Shown one piece after another: positions 59,723-64,000 of a stretch of DNA of 64,000 nt (position 1 is its first letter; each line of letters starts with the position of its first letter). The notes under the pieces were generated by a model, which made no database searches, was not told the DNA's origin, and saw only the letters and a program-made list of their open reading frames with translations. The position numbers and the translations under genes were made by a program. The stretch is from a virus (Duplodnaviria > Caudoviricetes), in the IMG/VR virus record IMGVR_UViG_3300037067_015496, positions 7,629 through 71,628 of that record; one strand, 5' to 3'.

Positions 59723-61853
59723 CTTTTTCTCCATAATAATTGACGTAAACAACACTTTCTATATATTGTTTTTCGTCTAGTGTTAAACTTCTATTTAATT
59801 CACCACTAACCTCATTAGCTAAAATACTATATTGACTATATAATGAATTTGCCTTGTTATCATTTAATGCCTTATTAATAATTTCTGCATTTACATTGGT
59901 AAATGGATCAATACTGCACAAAACATCAAACTTAATATTATTGGCAATAGCAACTTCACTATCACTAAGTTGACGCTTATTAGCTTTATTAAATTTAGCC
60001 AAAAACAATGGCTTTAATACATCATCGATCTTATTTTGTGTTTCGGCAACCCATAAGTCCATAGCAGCCTTGATTTTAGGTGTAAAAGTTCTTGTTCTTT
60101 GTGTACTGTCTTTACTGTTTTTAGGGCGTCCTTTAGGCTGTGGTATATTAGATAATACACCACCAGCAGGAGTTTTTAACTCTATAGCAGTTTTTTCTCC
60201 GGGTGTCTTATTATAAAGTGTCATTTCAAGATTGTCAGCGTCCTTGCGTAATCCAACCTGTCCAGGAGTAAGAATACCCGTTTGTAAAGCAATTTTTTTA
60301 AATGCTATACCAAATTGAGGATCATGATATGGACTTGCCTTTGGAACCATTTTGCCATCAGCCCTTTCCTGTTGTTCTCGTTTAATGCGGATGCCTTCCA
60401 TTTCAGGATCGTGCCCAAATCGCCATTGTAAATATTCATCACTAATTAGATTACGATCAGCCATTTGAATAAGCAGTGTTCTTTCGGCATTCTCGTCACC
60501 TAAAAGTCCAATGTCAAATTCTATTTTTGCAGAAAATCGAAAGCCCATAGCCCTTTGTACTGCCAATATTTCTTTTTCCCAGAAGGACACTAAAATACTA
60601 CGCCCATATTCAATACGCTTCATTAGCGTTTTCATTGAGATGTAATTATTTGTGGTTCCCCCACCATTACTTGTGGTAGTAGATGGAACGCCCAATCCCG
60701 TATAAATACTATTTAAGTGGGGAATATATTTACCTTCACCCAAAAATAAATGGACGTTAGTTTTAGACTCAACCAATTCAATATCTGGACCCCACACTAA
60801 ATCAATAGTGCCCCCACCCACATGAGACTGTAATATTTCACTTAATTTGGCGGCAGCAGCAGCTTTAGGTGCAATTCTATGTTCTAAATTGCCCAGTTTA
60901 AAAATGCGGATATTAGAAATAGCACCATCTAGGGCAGCAATATCAGCTAGTTTAAGCTTTTGTAGAATGGCAACATCGTCTAATACGGCATTAACCATTG
61001 GGCAGGCCCACTCTTCCCAGTCGTCCTTTTTATAATGGAAAACAGATATTTTATCTGGAGGAATGGGATATGGCTTATTGGTTTTTGCCGCCTCTAAAAC
61101 ATCAAATGGTAATCTACCAACTAATGATTTTTCCTCAGCAGTTTTAGGATTACGAATAGTACGACGAAATCTATCTGGTAATTTTATGGCATATAGCGGA
61201 TCACCTATAAAACTTGCTAATGCCCCACCAGAAATAGTTATCAGAGATGGGTCTAAAAAGGTATATTTCCACGGTATTTCTTTGTCTTTAACGACAAGTT
61301 TCGTTGCTTCAAGGTCTGGCTTAGCATGTGTTTTATAAAGGGTGTTCTTCATATCGAGATTAATCTTGGCAGTTTGTTTACGCACCACAACATTACCAAG
61401 TCGATAAAGATTATTTAAAAATCTTTCTGATCGTTCTTCCCCACACACTCTCTTAAACCAATTTTGATAAAACTTCTCAATTCTCTTATTGGGATGAACT
61501 AGGCGGATACCCTGACAAGCAAATTCAGCCATTAAATCAACCACATATTGAACGATACCAACGTGCTTATAGGCAAGATTTGCCCTTGTCATCATTTCTG
61601 AGAATGTTGCTGCCCTTGCTTCGCCCGGTCTAAAACGCCCATAGTCATTCCAATCTAATCCAGGGCGAGCAGAAATGCCCGATCCGCCTATATTAGATAA
61701 GTCTTGCACAAACATTCCTTGACTACGTTGCACTCCACAATATTCACTTACTCCAGCATTCAGGTCAGAAGCATCATTAAGTGTAGCATAAGCTGGTTCG
61801 GCAGCGGTTTTTATAGACTGAATTGATTCAGATCGTGGATATCTTTTAGCCAT
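59709..61853 (-). CDS. Portal protein
   Basis: Follows the terminase. AYKHVGIVQYVVDLM, FLNNLYR.GNV, SVFHYKKDDW..WA.P. Confidence 0.85.
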   Translation of the reverse strand: MAKRYPRSESIQSIKTAAEPAYATLNDASDLNAGVSEYCGVQRSQGMFVQDLSNIGGSGISARPGLDWNDYGRFRPGEARAATFSEMMTRANLAYKHVGIVQYVVDLMAEFACQGIRLVHPNKRIEKFYQNWFKRVCGEERSERFLNNLYRLGNVVVRKQTAKINLDMKNTLYKTHAKPDLEATKLVVKDKEIPWKYTFLDPSLITISGGALASFIGDPLYAIKLPDRFRRTIRNPKTAEEKSLVGRLPFDVLEAAKTNKPYPIPPDKISVFHYKKDDWEEWACPMVNAVLDDVAILQKLKLADIAALDGAISNIRIFKLGNLEHRIAPKAAAAAKLSEILQSHVGGGTIDLVWGPDIELVESKTNVHLFLGEGKYIPHLNSIYTGLGVPSTTTSNGGGTTNNYISMKTLMKRIEYGRSILVSFWEKEILAVQRAMGFRFSAKIEFDIGLLGDENAERTLLIQMADRNLISDEYLQWRFGHDPEMEGIRIKREQQERADGKMVPKASPYHDPQFGIAFKKIALQTGILTPGQVGLRKDADNLEMTLYNKTPGEKTAIELKTPAGGVLSNIPQPKGRPKNSKDSTQRTRTFTPKIKAAMDLWVAETQNKIDDVLKPLFLAKFNKANKRQLSDSEVAIANNIKFDVLCSIDPFTNVNAEIINKALNDNKANSLYSQYSILANEVSGELNRSLTLDEKQYIESVVYVNYYGEKDGTD

Positions 61854-61910
61854 AAAGGTTACAGAATATAATTTTATTTTTTAATGGAATTAAGATTGCA
61901 TTGACATTGT

Positions 61911-61921
61911 ATTATACACCA
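61911..61921 (-). promoter_or_regulatory. Repeated phage promoter-like motif TGGTGTATAAT (copy 4)
   Basis: Exact motif in the terminase-portal intergenic gap. Confidence 0.6.
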
Positions 61922-61923
61922 AG

Positions 61924-63957
61924 CTAACGATTTTTACTAATTAATCCCATGACATTAGACATGGACTGCATCCCATCCACATACCACGCTGGACCATCAT
62001 ATAGTTGACCGTCTTGTTTAGTCATATTTTTAACACAACCACCGACCATATCATACTGCACTTCAGGTATAACGCGGTTCATAGTACGGGCAATCATATT
62101 TGCTATAACAAGAGCAGAATATCTATCTTTACGTAAACGTCCCTTTTTGCCCGTGTGGAGTTTAATTTCTGGCGTATCCCACCGATCACGACTATTAACG
62201 CCCGTGCCCGTTCTGGTCATAGTAATAGTACACAATTCATTCTTTAATTCTTCAATTTCCATCACACAATCCTCTAAAGTATCATAATCTTCTCCCGATT
62301 TTATCATTTTTTGGTCATAAGCCAGGGCAATTTCTAAAGTAAGCGGGTCAAACCTTGGAAATAATAACATCTTATCTTCTAAGTCTTTACGTAAACCATG
62401 ATTTGCCGTAGATGTCCACTCAGCATTAGCAAATTGCACTAATTCTAACATATGGGCACCAGAATAATTATCCATATCTGTGGGCTTGTCAATATCAATA
62501 ACGGGCCAGATGGGCACCTCTCCAGGTAAAAGGTTGTTTGTATCATGTAGGGCTTCTTCAATGGCTATTCCCCCACCCTGTGCATCCATCCCGATTCGCG
62601 TACATGGAAATATCTTCATTAAATTACGTACTTTGCGTGAAACATAGCTATAAAAGTCTTGTTCTTTAGTTGCTCCCTTACTCACTTTTTCTCTAAATAT
62701 TTTTTTATTAGTAGCCCAGCAATAGACCACCCTACAATGTTCTTGGTGTAGTTCTAGCACTACAATAGTACAATTATCTTGTTCTGAAGCTGGGTCGATT
62801 CCAAATACATACTGACACTTGGGATTGCCGCGAATCATACCATCAAAAGTATTTGGACACCATATCGGCCATCCTACTTTACCCACATTAGAATCTGAGG
62901 CCACACAAGACTCTAACAAGCTTCGTTTAAAGAATCCGTCACTGTCTTCAACAAAGACCGTACCATATTCCATTTTATACATAGCAGAATGTCCGGTAGC
63001 CTTAGCACGAGCAACAACCTTAGAATCCATAAACCCATCTGGGATTAACTCATAAGGATACCTTATAACAGAATAATCTCTCCAATCAAAATCTTCTGGA
63101 ACATCCTCTCCAAAGACTTCTCTTAATTTTTTTCTATCTCCCTTACTTCTAATGATGCCCACATAACGCCTCCAATAATCTGCAAAGTGTTTAAAAGAAT
63201 AGTCCGCCGTTCCAGAAATAATAGCTTGATTACTAGTTCTACCAGAATATTGTCTTTTATCTTTACTAAATATACCCGCCTTAATTAAAGCCTCTCTTTT
63301 AGCAGCATCTTTAACATTATCTATTGGGCTTGATGAGACAGCAGCAAAACCAGATATAACCGTTTCATAAATATCTGGACTAATTGAGGCGTATTCATCA
63401 GCAATAATAGTATGGGCACGTAAACCACGAATTTTTTCTCCTGTGCCAATTGGGATAGCTATCATCCAACTATCATTAACATTCAATACGCACCTATCAA
63501 CAGAAATTTTTGGTCCACTATTAGAATCGCAAATCGAACGCAATATTGGTGCATTAGACCAAATAGTAGCAGCATAATCAAATATAATTTTACTTTGACG
63601 ATATGCAGCACCACATATAATTACTTTTGTTCCTGGCACAAGAGCACACTTGAGAAGTGCATATAATGCTAAACTATACGACTTTCCAAATCCGCGACTC
63701 GCCACAAACATAGGAAATGGTCTAATCCATAATTCTCTTAATATTGCACATTGTACTGGTAGTAAGTCAATATCTAATAATATTTTTGCAGTATAGCCTA
63801 TATAGTCTGGATTAGACATCAATCTTACAACATTCAAACCCATTGTTTCTAAAGACGACTCTGCAAGTGGATTTTTTCTTTGGATTTGAGATATGTCGCC
63901 CAGTCCAAGCCACGCATTATTAGCAATATCTAAAGTAGAATTAGTTGTATTTTTCAT
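61924..63957 (-). CDS. terL: Terminase large subunit
   Basis: Walker A ASRGFGKS, Walker B IIADEY, KIRGLRA, nuclease FGIDPA, RKDRYSAL. Confidence 0.92.
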   Translation of the reverse strand: MKNTTNSTLDIANNAWLGLGDISQIQRKNPLAESSLETMGLNVVRLMSNPDYIGYTAKILLDIDLLPVQCAILRELWIRPFPMFVASRGFGKSYSLALYALLKCALVPGTKVIICGAAYRQSKIIFDYAATIWSNAPILRSICDSNSGPKISVDRCVLNVNDSWMIAIPIGTGEKIRGLRAHTIIADEYASISPDIYETVISGFAAVSSSPIDNVKDAAKREALIKAGIFSKDKRQYSGRTSNQAIISGTADYSFKHFADYWRRYVGIIRSKGDRKKLREVFGEDVPEDFDWRDYSVIRYPYELIPDGFMDSKVVARAKATGHSAMYKMEYGTVFVEDSDGFFKRSLLESCVASDSNVGKVGWPIWCPNTFDGMIRGNPKCQYVFGIDPASEQDNCTIVVLELHQEHCRVVYCWATNKKIFREKVSKGATKEQDFYSYVSRKVRNLMKIFPCTRIGMDAQGGGIAIEEALHDTNNLLPGEVPIWPVIDIDKPTDMDNYSGAHMLELVQFANAEWTSTANHGLRKDLEDKMLLFPRFDPLTLEIALAYDQKMIKSGEDYDTLEDCVMEIEELKNELCTITMTRTGTGVNSRDRWDTPEIKLHTGKKGRLRKDRYSALVIANMIARTMNRVIPEVQYDMVGGCVKNMTKQDGQLYDGPAWYVDGMQSMSNVMGLISKNR

Positions 63958-64000
63958 TTATTCTTTTTATAAGACTTGCCCCCATGACCTCTCCATAGGC
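63941..64000 (-). CDS. 3' end of an upstream gene, truncated by the window edge
   Basis: Open frame AYGEVMGASLIKRINEKYN* overlapping the terL start. Confidence 0.4.
   Translation of the reverse strand, partial: AYGEVMGASLIKRINEKYN

Noticed and set aside
1-64000. Opposite-strand and nested ORFs in the track (e.g. 153-374, 10018-10443, 31840-32202, 54635-55048, 56714-57166, 58153-58581)
   Set aside because: They lie antisense to or within well-supported genes and show shadow-ORF composition without motifs.
1-64000. Stop-codon reassignment (alternative genetic code)
   Set aside because: Conserved genes are full length under code 11, and TAA, TAG and TGA all end genes at coupled junctions.
1-64000. 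tRNA, rRNA or tmRNA genes
   Set aside because: No cloverleaf or T-loop (GTTCRA) signature in the few intergenic gaps by eye. tRNAscan-SE or ARAGORN would be decisive.

Overview
This window is a segment of a large, AT-rich tailed dsDNA phage genome (Caudoviricetes, probably siphovirus-like) with two convergent blocks meeting near 33.05 kb. The + strand block (1-33016) covers nucleotide metabolism (dCMP deaminase, intein-containing class II RNR, dNMP kinase, MazG), recombination and replication (RecA-like, DnaB, primase, PD-(D/E)XK exonuclease, a DnaE split into two genes with a mini-intein, DEDDh exonuclease, SSB), a TnpB/Cas12f-like nuclease, a small sigma factor and a glycosyltransferase cluster. 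The - strand block (33117-64000) is the morphogenesis operon: terminase, portal, protease/scaffold, capsid, head-tail, tail tube, tape measure and tail-tip proteins. The most striking unexplained signal is a structured RNA-like unit of about 75-90 nt present three times around the TnpB-like gene (21829-21915, 23189-23264, 23267-23360). The copies differ in sequence but keep four helices in the same register through compensatory changes, giving a double pseudoknot or a pseudoknot/terminator switch. I saw no tRNA, rRNA or CRISPR array. All calls come from motif reading by eye; no searches were run.
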